This document shows, one piece after another, positions 1-9,280 of a stretch of 64,000 bases of DNA. Origin of the DNA: an uncultured Solirubrobacterales bacterium (GTDB taxonomy: Bacteria; Actinomycetota; Thermoleophilia; Solirubrobacterales; Solirubrobacteraceae); NCBI GenBank assembly GCA_963715495.1, contig OY970247.1, positions 2,132,219 to 2,196,218 on the forward strand, given 5' to 3'. The notes beneath the pieces are model-generated. The model ran no database searches and was not told the DNA's origin. It saw nothing but the letters and a program-made list of their open reading frames with translations. The position numbers and the translations under genes were made by a program. Each line of letters begins with the position of its first letter. Within the stretch, counting starts at the first letter, position 1.

Positions 1-69
1 AAGGTTCCGGCGACCCATCGATCCGCCGCTTCGGCGTCTCCGCGAGACGGCGCCCACGCGGTGGCGTGA
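1..69 (+). CDS. 3' end of an upstream gene (partial), probably part of the hydrogenase maturation operon
   Basis: Frame 1 is open from base 1 (KVPATHRSAASASPRDGAHAVA*); its TGA (67-69) overlaps the next ATG (TGATG). Confidence 0.35.
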   Translation, partial: KVPATHRSAASASPRDGAHAVA

Positions 70-1262
70 TGCCGGCGATCGCGCTCGAGGCGGCTGAGCG
101 GCGGCGGATCGCCGGCGAGACGTTCTTCGGGAGCCAAGCCGAGCGGATCGCGCGGCTCTGTCACCGCATGGCCGAGCGCTTCGCGCGCGGCGGACGGCTC
201 GTGGCGTTCGGAGACGGGCCGCTCGCGCGCTCGGACGCGCGCCACGTGGCGGTGGAGTTCGTCCATCCGGTGATCGTCGGCAAGCGGGCGCTCCCCGCGC
301 TGGCGCTGACCGCCGAGGGAGGTCCGGTGGGAGAGCAGGTGGCGCTGCTCGTCGAGCGCGAGGACATCGCGCTCGCCTTTGGCGAGCACCGCGAGACGGT
401 CGCGGCGCTGCTGACGGCGCGTGAGCGCGGCTGCCTGACGCTGTCGGTCTCGCGCGTCGGCGCGGAGTGGGAGCTCGTCCCCGACGAGGAGGATCCGTTC
501 ATCGCCCAGGAGCTCGTGGAGACCCTCTATCACGTGCTGTGGGAGCTCGTGCACGTGTTCTTCGAGCACCGTGGGCTGCTCGAGGGGCGTAGCGAGAAGA
601 TCGTCCACGACACCGGAGCATCGAGCTTCCTCTACCCGTTCCTCGGACAGCAGGAGCAGGATCTCGAGTCGGTCGTCGCCGATGTGCGCGCCTCGGTGCT
701 CGACAAGTCCGCTGAGGTGGCCGCACTGCGCGCGCAGACTCTCGGCGAGGGCGAGTACGAGTTGCGCGAGGCCGCGGCGGCGCTGCGGGCTCGGTTCGAC
801 GCCGGCGGGCGAGTCCTGGCGCTCGGCAACGGCGGGTCGGCCACGGACGCGATGGACGCCGTCGCGGATCTGCGCTTCCCGCCCGCCGATTGGCCGTCGC
901 GGGCGGCGATCGACCTGACCGAGGATCCCGGCATCCTCACGGCGATCGCTAACGACGTGGGTGAGGACTCGATCTTCTCGCGCCAGGTGATCGCCCACGG
1001 GCGCCCCGCGGATGCGTTGCTCGCCTTCTCCACCAGTGGTGGCTCGCGTAACGTGCTGAGCGCCCTGTCCGAGGCCCGCCGCCGCGGGATGCTGACGGTC
1101 GCTCTCGTCGGCTACGACGGTGGGCGGATCGTCGCCGAGGCCTTGGCAGACCACGTGATCGTCACCCACTCCGAGCACATCCCGCGCATCCAGGAGGCGC
1201 AGGCCAGCGCCTGGCACGTGCTGCGCGAGTTGGTGGAGACGGCGGGAGAGGCCCACCCATGA
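69..1262 (+). CDS. Tandem SIS-domain protein (GmhA/phosphoheptose isomerase-like), hydrogenase-maturation associated
   Basis: C-terminal domain has GNGGSATDA, TAIANDVG, FSRQ, FSTSGGSRNV and RIQEAQ motifs; N-terminal SIS-like repeat is degenerate (GDGPLARSDARHVAVEF). ATG at 69 is coupled to the upstream stop. Confidence 0.85.
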   Translation: MPAIALEAAERRRIAGETFFGSQAERIARLCHRMAERFARGGRLVAFGDGPLARSDARHVAVEFVHPVIVGKRALPALALTAEGGPVGEQVALLVEREDIALAFGEHRETVAALLTARERGCLTLSVSRVGAEWELVPDEEDPFIAQELVETLYHVLWELVHVFFEHRGLLEGRSEKIVHDTGASSFLYPFLGQQEQDLESVVADVRASVLDKSAEVAALRAQTLGEGEYELREAAAALRARFDAGGRVLALGNGGSATDAMDAVADLRFPPADWPSRAAIDLTEDPGILTAIANDVGEDSIFSRQVIAHGRPADALLAFSTSGGSRNVLSALSEARRRGMLTVALVGYDGGRIVAEALADHVIVTHSEHIPRIQEAQASAWHVLRELVETAGEAHP

Positions 1263-1720
1263 GAATCCTCGGGGAGCACTCCACTCCGCGGGAGATCGCG
1301 CACGCCGGCGTGCGCGGAGCGATCGCCGCGATGGCGATGACCGGGATGCGCACGCTCACGGTCAATCTCGGCCTCGTCGAGCAGCCCCCGCCGCACGCGA
1401 TGCTCAAGCAGAAGGCGGCGGCCCTGCTGCGGCGTGTCCCGCGCCGGCGTCGGCGGTCGGCGATCGAGCTCGCCCACTGGAGCTATGGCGCGGCGGGCGG
1501 CATCCAGTTCGCGTTGCTTCCAGAGGCGATGCGCCGGCAGCCCTGGGCGGGTCCGGTCTACGGTTTGGCCCTGTGGCTTGGCTTCGAAGCGGTGCTCGCG
1601 CCGGCCCTGGGACTCAAACATGCAGGCAAGCCCCGACCGACCGAGCGCGCCGCGCTCGCGGCCGACCACCTCCTCTACGGCCTGGTGCTCTCAGAGATCC
1701 GGCGGCGCCCGCAGGCATGA
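1259..1720 (+). CDS. Small membrane protein (DUF1440-like) with two H-x2/3-YG helix motifs
   Basis: ATGA overlap with the SIS gene; hydrophobic helices; AHWSYG and DHLLYG motifs. Confidence 0.7.
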   Translation: MRILGEHSTPREIAHAGVRGAIAAMAMTGMRTLTVNLGLVEQPPPHAMLKQKAAALLRRVPRRRRRSAIELAHWSYGAAGGIQFALLPEAMRRQPWAGPVYGLALWLGFEAVLAPALGLKHAGKPRPTERAALAADHLLYGLVLSEIRRRPQA

Positions 1721-1748
1721 GCCCGACCGCCGCGGCGACGGTGGTTCG

Positions 1749-4194
1749 GTGAGCAGCGTCGACGCGGCCTCGGAGCGCTCCAGCGTGAGACGACGTGTAC
1801 GCGTGCGAGTGGAGGGTGTGGTGCAGGGCGTCGGCTTTCGCCCCCATGTGTATCGCCTCGCCGAGGAGCTTGGGCTCGACGGTTATGTGCTCAATGACGT
1901 TCGTGGCGTGATGCTCGAGGTCGAGGGGACCCCGACGGCAGTGGAACGCTTCCTGGAGCGTCTTGTCGCCGAGCCCCCGCCGCTGGCCACCATCGAGAGT
2001 GTCAAGCCTCACGAGCTTGCTCCCACCGACCGGCCGGGCTTTCAGATCGCCCCCAGCCGGGACGCGGGCGAGCGATCGGGACTCCGCCGCCAGGCGCTGG
2101 TCTCGCCAGACACCGCCACCTGCACCGACTGCCTCGCCGAAATGCGCGATCCGCACGACCGTCGCTATCGCTATCCGTTCATCAACTGCACCAACTGCGG
2201 ACCGCGCTTCACGATCGCCACGGGTGTCCCCTACGACCGCCCGCTGACGACGATGGCGGGCTTTGCCATGTGCAAGCACTGCCGCGCCGAGTACGAGGAC
2301 CCCGGCGACCGGCGCTTTCACGCCCAGCCGAACGCATGCCCGGTTTGCGGACCGCGCGCGCGGCTGCTGGGGCCGGATCTGCCCGAGCGCGCCGGCGCCC
2401 GCCACGTGAGGGAGGAAGAGGGCACGAGACCTGTCGACGATGCCGTCCGCGCGGCCGCCGAGGCGCTCGCCGGAGGCCTGATCGTGGCGGTGAAGGGGCT
2501 CGGCGGCTTCCATTTGGCCTGCCGCGCCGATGCGAGCGCGGCGGTGGAAACACTGCGCGCACGCAAGCGCCGTGAGGACCGGCCGTTCGCCCTGATGGCT
2601 CCCGGCGTGGCCGCGGTACGCACGCTGATCGAGCTGGACACAGGTGCGCAGGCGCTGCTGGAGGACCCGCGCGCGACCGATCGTGATCGCCCGCCGTCGC
2701 GCCGGAGCTCGCGTGGCCGAGGCCGTTGCCCCCAACTGCCCGGACCTCGGAGTGATGCTGGCGTACACGCCACTTCACCATCTGCTCTTGGCCGATCTCG
2801 GCGAGCTCGGCGAGCCGGCAGGCGAGTCCGGTCAGTGCCTGGTGATGACCAGCGGCAATCTCTCTGACGAGCCGATCGTCTACGACGACGAGGACGCCAT
2901 CGCGCGGTTGAGAGGCATCGCCGACGCGTTCCTGCTCAACGACCGTCCGATTCACATGCGCACCGACGACTCGGTCCTGCGTCATACGACGGCCGGCCCG
3001 CTGATGATGAGACGCTCGCGTGGCTATGTGCCGGGCGCGATCGGACTGCCTGCGCCCGCCCTTCGTCCGCTGTTGGCGTGCGGCGCGGAGCTGAAGAGCA
3101 CCTTCTGCGTCGCCAGGCACGAGCAGGCCTGGGTGAGCCATCACATCGGCGACCTCAAGAACTTCGAGACGCTTAGCTCGTTCCGCGATGGTGTCGAGCA
3201 CTTCCAGCGGCTGTTCGCCGTGACTCCGGAGGTGATCGTCCACGATCTGCATCCCGACTATCTCTCGACGGCCTACGCGCTGGAGCGCGCGAGCGGCGAT
3301 GGCGCCTCAGACGATGCGCCGATCGAGCTGATCGGCGTGCAACACCACCATGCCCATCTCGCCGCATGCCTCGCCGAGCACGGCGAGAGCGGTCCCGCCG
3401 TGGGGGTGATCTTCGACGGCAGCGGCTACGGAACCGACGGCACGGTGTGGGGCGGCGAGCTGCTCGTCGGCGATCTGCGTTCCTGCGAGCGCGCCGGCCG
3501 GCTGCGCGCCGTGCGGCTGCCCGGAGGCGATCGGGCTGTGCGCGAACCCTGGCGCATGGCCTGCGCTTGGATGGTCGAGGCCCATAAGGGCGAGGGGTCT
3601 CATGATGATGATCATCATCATTCGCCGGCCCTCCCGACCCCGCTGTCGGGTCTCGTTGCGCCGGATCGCTGGGAGACGATCGCGCGGCTGGCAGTCAGCG
3701 AGCTGGCACCGGTCACGACCAGCATGGGTCGTCTGTTCGATGCGGTCGCCGCGATGTGCGGCATGCGCGCCACCGTCACCTATGAGGGCCAGGCGGCGAT
3801 CGAACTCGAGGGCGCCGTGGACGCTGACGAGCGCGGCGAATACACGATCGCCCTCAAAAGTCGCGACGGCATGCTCGAGCTCGACCCACGGGAGGCGGTG
3901 TCCGAGGTCGTGCGCGAGCGAACGGCGGGCGTGCCGGCCGGGACTGTCGCCGCGCGCTTTCACTCGGGGGTCGCGCGGGCAGCCGTCGAGGCCTCGCGGC
4001 AAATCGCCGCGGCGCGCGGGCTTGAAACGGTCGTCCTGTCCGGGGGCGTGTTCCAGAACCGGGTGCTGCTGGAACGCACGGTGAGCGGCCTGCGCGGCGC
4101 CGGGCTGCGTGTGCTCTACCCGCAGCTGCTGCCGGCGAACGACGGTGGGATCAGCTATGGCCAGGCGGCGGTGGCAGCGGCCCGGCTGTCCTGA
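1749..4194 (+). CDS. hypF: Carbamoyltransferase HypF, one +1 frameshift at about 2670 as sequenced
   Basis: Acylphosphatase-like VEGVVQGVGFRP, two CxxC..CxxC Zn fingers (CTDC..CTNCGPRF; CKHC..CPVCGP) and KGLGGFHLAC lie in one frame; MTSGN, QHHHAH, FDGSGYG, TSMGRLFD and LSGGVFQN..NDGG lie in the next frame. Junction is GAG GAC CCG [C] GCG CGA CCG ATC. Confidence 0.92.
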
Positions 4195-5310
4195 TCTGCG
4201 CGCTCCAGCGTTCCTCGATGTGACCAAAGCGCCAGATCGACAGAGCCACGACCCAGGTCAGGACGAACATGCCGACGATGATGACGCCCAGCTCGTTGAT
4301 GTTGATGTTCTCGAACCAGCTCCAGAACGGGCCCTGAGCGTTGAGGTGTTGCGCGACGATGCCGCCCAGCTCGATCGTGCCTATCACCAGCGCGACGATC
4401 ACCGACAGGCCGGTGATCGTGATGTTGTAGAAGACCTTGCGCACCGGCTCAGAGAACGCCCAGCCGTAGGCGAAGTTCATGAACGAGCCGTCGATCGTGT
4501 CCAGCAGCGACATCCCCGCGGCGAACAGGACCGGCAGGCACAGGATCGCGTAGAAGGGCAGGCCGGCGCCGGCGGCGCCGGCGGCGAGGAACAGCAGCGC
4601 CACCTCGCTCGCGGTGTCGAAGCCGAGGCCGAAGAGCAGGCCGATCGGGTACAGCTGGGAGGGCTTGGTGACGGTTCTCGTCATCCGCCCGAAGAAGCGG
4701 TTCATGAGACCGCGACTGTTCAGCCGCTCATCCAGCGCCTGCTCGTCATAGGCGCCGCGACGCATCTCGACAAACACGTTGACGATGCCTACGAGGATCA
4801 CCGCGTTGAGCGCCGCGATCACGTAGAGGAAGCCGCCGGACACGAGCGTGCCGATCCAGCCCGCCAGGAGATGCAGGCTGGAGCCGTGGTCGCTGACGGG
4901 GCCCGACAGCGACTTGACGCCGATCGCGAGCAGGAAGGCGAGCAGGAAGACGATCGTGGAGTGGCCGAGCGAGAACCAGAAGCCGGTGCTCAGCGGGCGA
5001 TTGCCTTCGGCCATCAGCTTGCGCGTGGTGTTGTCGATCGCCGAGATGTGGTCGGCATCGAAGGCGTGGCGCAGGCCCAGGGTGTAGGCGGTCAGCCCAA
5101 TCCCGACCGTGAGGGGCCCCGCGCCGCCCGGGTGGGGGTGCTTGGGCGCCACCAGGAAGATCAGGGTCAGGAAGCCGACCACGTGCAGGCCGATGACGAC
5201 CAGCGCCATCATCGCCAGGGTTCGTCGTTGGCCGGCGTCGAGCGAGCCCAGCGCCTGACGCAGGCTCACTTTGCCGGCGGTTGGAGCGGGAGTGCAAGAC
5301 GCTACGCTCA
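4151..5310 (-). CDS. NiCoT family (HoxN/HupN/NixA) high-affinity nickel/cobalt permease
   Basis: RHAFDADHI signature, FSLGHSTIV, GFDTASE, multiple TM helices; GGAG RBS before ATG 5310; converges on hypF with a 44-nt overlap. Confidence 0.92.
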
Positions 5311-5342
5311 TCTCCGCCCACGAGGCTAGCGCCATACGTTTG

Positions 5343-5858
5343 CTATTGCAAGTCAATCTCAGTTACTCGTAGGGGCGGGGCCGCGGAAGCGCAGCCGGCG
5401 CACAAACCCACGATCGGAAAGTGGGTGAAGCGCGCGCTGTATCCGAACTGTCTGTCGATCAAAGCACGCACTTCGTCGAGCTCGGTCGGGGAGACGGCGC
5501 GCGTCACGGTGCAGCGTTCGCAGTAGAGGTACTCGCGCTCGCCCTCGCCCACCAGCGCGTACAGCCCCGGCCCGTGCCCGAGGTGCACGTGACGGACGAT
5601 GCCGGCGTGCTCGAAGGCCTCCAGGTTGCGGTAGACCGACCCGGCGTCAAGGGATGCCCGCTCGCCCACCGCCCGGACAATCCCCTCCACCGCCAGCGGC
5701 CCATCGGCGGCGAACAGCGCCCGCAAGATCAACCGCCGAGCCATCGTCACGCGCAAGCCTCGAGCGCGCAAAGCCGCGACGGCGCTGTCGATGTCCTCGA
5801 ACTGCACACGCGGGACGGAGGGCGAGAGCGTCACGGCTTCATCGTAGTGAGAGAACAT
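5343..5858 (-). CDS. Fur-family metalloregulator (Zur/Nur-like); start may be GTG 5834
   Basis: GLRVTMARRLIL, SVYRNLEAFE, VHLGHG, two CxxC motifs (CERC, CAGC); directly upstream of the NiCoT gene. Confidence 0.88.
   Translation of the reverse strand: MFSHYDEAVTLSPSVPRVQFEDIDSAVAALRARGLRVTMARRLILRALFAADGPLAVEGIVRAVGERASLDAGSVYRNLEAFEHAGIVRHVHLGHGPGLYALVGEGEREYLYCERCTVTRAVSPTELDEVRALIDRQFGYSARFTHFPIVGLCAGCASAAPPLRVTEIDLQ
5347..5361. promoter_or_regulatory. Candidate Fur/Zur-type 7-1-7 operator upstream of NiCoT
   Basis: TGAGATTGACTTGCA on the minus strand matches TGAAAATNATTTTCA at 10 of 14 positions; AT-rich patch about 40 nt before the NiCoT ATG. Confidence 0.35.
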
Positions 5859-6014
5859 CCCATCACTGCGGGCCCATTAAAAGCCTTCCGCAACGCCGAC
5901 GGCTGCGATGAGCGGCGCCGACTGCAAAGCGATGAAAGAATTGGCTTGCGGCTCACCCATCCAATCAGCCCGAGCCGGGACCCGTCGAAATCCGTGAGGC
6001 CGCCCGCGGGGGGT

Positions 6015-7340
6015 TTACCCCTGATTTCCCCGGGCGATCTTGCGCAGGTCGATCGTCTCGTCATACACCTTCGGATCGACGCCCTCCTCCAGCGCGATCT
6101 CGCGCAGGGGGCGCCCGGTGGCGGTGGCCTTCTGGACGATGACCGTCCCCTTGTCGTAGCCGATCGCGCCGTTCAGCGCCGTTGCGACGGCGAGCGTTGC
6201 GCCCGCGGAGGCTGCGGTACCCGCCTTGTTGACCTGAATGCCGTCGACGCACTTCTCCGCCAGCGCGCGCGATGCCGTCGTGAGCAGGTGCAGCGACTGC
6301 AGCAGGTTGCGCGCGATCAACGGGATGCGGACGTTCAGCTCGAACTGGCCCTGCATCCCGCCGACCGTGATCGCGGTGTCGTTGCCGATCACCTGGGCGG
6401 AGACCTGCAATACGACCTCGGGGAGCACGGGGTTGACCTTGCCGGGCATGATCGAGGAGCCCTTCTGCAGCTCAGGCAGCAGGATCTCGCCGATGCCCGC
6501 GCGCGGGCCGGAGCCCATCAGCGCGAGATCGCCTGCGATCTTCGTCAGCGACACGGCCACCACCTTCAGCGCGCCCGACAGCTCGACCAGCGCGTCGCGG
6601 TTGGCCTGAGCCTCGAACGGGTCGACCGGCGGCGCGATCTGCTTCAGGCCCGACTCCTTCTTCAATCGTGCGCGCACCTTCTCGGCGAACTTGGGATGTG
6701 TGTTCAGGCCCGTCCCCGTGGCGGTGCCCCCCAGGGGGATCTGCCCGACGTGCACGAGCGCCGATTGGACCCGCTCCTGCGCGAGCGCCATCTGCGCCCG
6801 GTAGCCCGCGAACTCCTGGCCGAGCGTCACCGGCACCGCGTCCATCAGATGCGTGCGCCCGGACTTGACGACGTTCTCAAAGCTCTTCGCCTTGCGCGCG
6901 AACGAGCGCTCCAACTGTTTGAGCGCGGGCAGCAGCTCGTTCTGGGCAACATCCAGCGCGGCCAGGTGCACGGCCGAGGGGAACACGTCGTTGGATGACT
7001 GGCCCATGTTGACGTGATCGTTGGCGTGCACCTTCTCGCCCGCCAGCGTTGCGATCACCTCGTTCGCATTCGTGTTCGTCGAGGTTCCCGAGCCCGTCTG
7101 GAACACATCGATCGGGAACTGCCCGTCGTGCTTGCCCGCGGCGATCTCGGCCGCGGCTTGCTCGATGCGCGTGGCGCTCTGTTTGGGGAGCAGACCCAGC
7201 TCGCCGTTGACCGCCGCCGCCGCGCCCTTCACGCGCGCCAGCCAGCGCACCACCGACACGGGCACCCGCTCGCCCGAGATGGGAAAGTTCTCGACGGCCT
7301 TGGCGGTCTCTGCACCCCACAACGGCTGCTTATCCGGCAT
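6015..7340 (-). CDS. fumC: Class II fumarate hydratase
   Basis: FQTGSGTSTNTN, MGQSSND, KSGRTHLMDA, GSSIMPGKVNP signature. Confidence 0.93.
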   Translation of the reverse strand: MPDKQPLWGAETAKAVENFPISGERVPVSVVRWLARVKGAAAAVNGELGLLPKQSATRIEQAAAEIAAGKHDGQFPIDVFQTGSGTSTNTNANEVIATLAGEKVHANDHVNMGQSSNDVFPSAVHLAALDVAQNELLPALKQLERSFARKAKSFENVVKSGRTHLMDAVPVTLGQEFAGYRAQMALAQERVQSALVHVGQIPLGGTATGTGLNTHPKFAEKVRARLKKESGLKQIAPPVDPFEAQANRDALVELSGALKVVAVSLTKIAGDLALMGSGPRAGIGEILLPELQKGSSIMPGKVNPVLPEVVLQVSAQVIGNDTAITVGGMQGQFELNVRIPLIARNLLQSLHLLTTASRALAEKCVDGIQVNKAGTAASAGATLAVATALNGAIGYDKGTVIVQKATATGRPLREIALEEGVDPKVYDETIDLRKIARGNQG

Positions 7341-7404
7341 CTCTCTCGGGTCTCCTTGATCGGACGTTCGCTTGGTCGGGACGTTCGCGCGGAAACCCTA
7401 TCCC

Positions 7405-8244
7405 CTATCCGCAGAACGCAACCAGCTCCCGCGCAAGCCCCACCGGATCGTCGTAGGCCATCAGAAACCCCGTGCTGGGCAGCACCCTCAGCTGGGCGTT
7501 GGGCAGCAGCTTCAACGCCTCTTCCGCCGGGACGAGCGGGTGCAACCGATCCTGGTCGGCCCACAGCAGCAGGACGGGCATGTCCAGTCGCGGGTACAGC
7601 TCCAGCAGGTCCTCGCGCGCACCGAGGGGCCACGCCCGCGCGCACTTCGCCCATGAACGCGCCAGCGCGGTGTTGCCGGGGACGTCGGCGAACGCATGCC
7701 TGAACAGATCGCGCGTCGCCGGGTTTCCGCGCACCGACAGCCTCAATCCCCGCTCGGGACTGAAGACCGTGCGCGCACCGTATCCGGCCAGGCGGTCCAG
7801 GCCGGGGATCGCGCCCGCCATCACCGCCGCGCGCAACGTGGACCGCTCCCACGCGCGCTCGGGCGGGGCGTGCAGCCGGTTGGACATCAGCACCAGCCGG
7901 CTCGGTCGCAGGCGCTGAGTCGCGACCGCATGCAGCACGACCTCCGCCCCCGCGCCATGCCCGCCGATCAGCGGACTCGGCCCGAGCACGTCCGCGGCAA
8001 AACCGCCCAGGACCTCCGCGAACCAGTCCAGCGTGTACGGATGTCCGGGGTCGTCCTCGGAGTCGCCATGCAGCGGCAGATCCGGCAGGACCACGCGGAA
8101 GTGAGCCGCCAGCTGCTCGACCGACGGCTCCCACTCCTTGTGCGAGAGCATCGCCGAGTGGATCAGCGCCAGCGGCCGGCCCGTCCCGCGCTCGCGGTAG
8201 GCGATGCGAGTGCCGTCCGGATGGTGGTAGAGCCGCAGTCGCAT
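7405..8244 (-). CDS. Alpha/beta hydrolase fold protein lacking the catalytic nucleophile
   Basis: PLALIHS, VVLPDLPLHGDS, MPVLLLWADQDRLHP; nucleophile elbow reads GHGAG rather than GxSxG. Confidence 0.85.
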   Translation of the reverse strand: MRLRLYHHPDGTRIAYRERGTGRPLALIHSAMLSHKEWEPSVEQLAAHFRVVLPDLPLHGDSEDDPGHPYTLDWFAEVLGGFAADVLGPSPLIGGHGAGAEVVLHAVATQRLRPSRLVLMSNRLHAPPERAWERSTLRAAVMAGAIPGLDRLAGYGARTVFSPERGLRLSVRGNPATRDLFRHAFADVPGNTALARSWAKCARAWPLGAREDLLELYPRLDMPVLLLWADQDRLHPLVPAEEALKLLPNAQLRVLPSTGFLMAYDDPVGLARELVAFCG

Positions 8245-8416
8245 CTCTCGATGATCGTAGGCCTCAGGCGCGCCTCATCGCCTCCCGCGTCGCCACCTTC
8301 GGCGCGGTTCCTGCGCCTGCAACGCGCCTGGCGTAATGCACCCCCCGTTGCGAGGGTTGTGATCGGGCCGCGCAAACCTCAGCATCTCTACCTATGAGTC
8401 CGTCAAGGCGAACCCT

Positions 8417-9280
8417 ATGAGCTCGATCCGCACAAACGCCGCCGCCGCGATGCTGGGAGTCAGCCCGAACACGCTGCGCAGCTGGGAGCGGCGGTTCGGC
8501 TACCCGATGCCCCAGCGCACCGAGGGCGGACACCGCCAGTTCGAGCTGACCGAGATCGAGACCCTGCGCCAGGCGTTCGCCGAGACGCACGACATCGCCT
8601 CGGCCGTGTCGATCGTCCGCGAGCGTGGCGAGGGACCCTCCTCCCCCGCGCGCCTGCAGTCCGCGCTGGCGACGTTCGGAGAGGAGGCCGCCGACCGCCT
8701 GCTCGAAGAGAGCCTCGCGGTGCGCTCGGTCGAACGCACCGTCGAGTCCGTCCTGCTGCCTGCCGTGGAGCTGCTCGAGGACGGTTCGTCCGAGCGCGCG
8801 TTCGCGCAGCGTTACGCAACCGGCTGGCTCGCCGCCGCGACCCGTGTGGCCCCCCCGGCCTCGCGCGATGAGAGCGCGCTGATCTTCGACGGTTCGCGCC
8901 CGAGCAATCTCGACGCCCTGCACGTGCAGGCGCTGGAGCTGTTCCTGCGCCGGGGCGGCCTGCGCGTGCTCACGCTTCCGGTCGAGCTGGACGCCGACCG
9001 CGTCGGCAGCGCGCTGCGCGCGCTGCGCCCGGGCGCGATCGTGCTCGCGGGCTCCGGCACAAATGCCTCAGCCGACGTCCTGGGGCGGCTCGTCTACGCC
9101 TCTCGCCAAGCCGAGCCCGGTGTCGATGTCTTCGACTACCGCTGCGCCCTCCCCGAGACGGGCGCTTCGACCGTCAAGCGCATCGGGCCCGGCCCGACCG
9201 CCGCCGCCGAGCAGCTGCGCGAGCGACTCACGGGCGTGGTGCCGGCGCATCCCGCGGTCGCTGCGGCCCACATCTCTTAA
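8417..9280 (+). CDS. MerR-family regulator with a degenerate cobalamin-binding-like C-terminal module (CarH/LitR architecture)
   Basis: MerR HTH GVSPNTLRSWERRFG..RTEGGHRQF, helical cap, Rossmann-like C-terminus; no ExH or WxnEH motifs. Confidence 0.8.
   Translation: MSSIRTNAAAAMLGVSPNTLRSWERRFGYPMPQRTEGGHRQFELTEIETLRQAFAETHDIASAVSIVRERGEGPSSPARLQSALATFGEEAADRLLEESLAVRSVERTVESVLLPAVELLEDGSSERAFAQRYATGWLAAATRVAPPASRDESALIFDGSRPSNLDALHVQALELFLRRGGLRVLTLPVELDADRVGSALRALRPGAIVLAGSGTNASADVLGRLVYASRQAEPGVDVFDYRCALPETGASTVKRIGPGPTAAAEQLRERLTGVVPAHPAVAAAHIS

Noticed and set aside
2655-2690. Programmed ribosomal frameshifting in hypF, the methyltransferase or the amidase
   Set aside because: No slippery sequences or stimulatory structures were seen; uniform single-base insertions in GC runs suggest sequencing error.
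5860-6014. NiCo or cobalamin riboswitch upstream of fur-NiCoT
   Set aside because: I could not find the conserved cores of either family; only weak hairpins. An Infernal search would be needed to exclude them.
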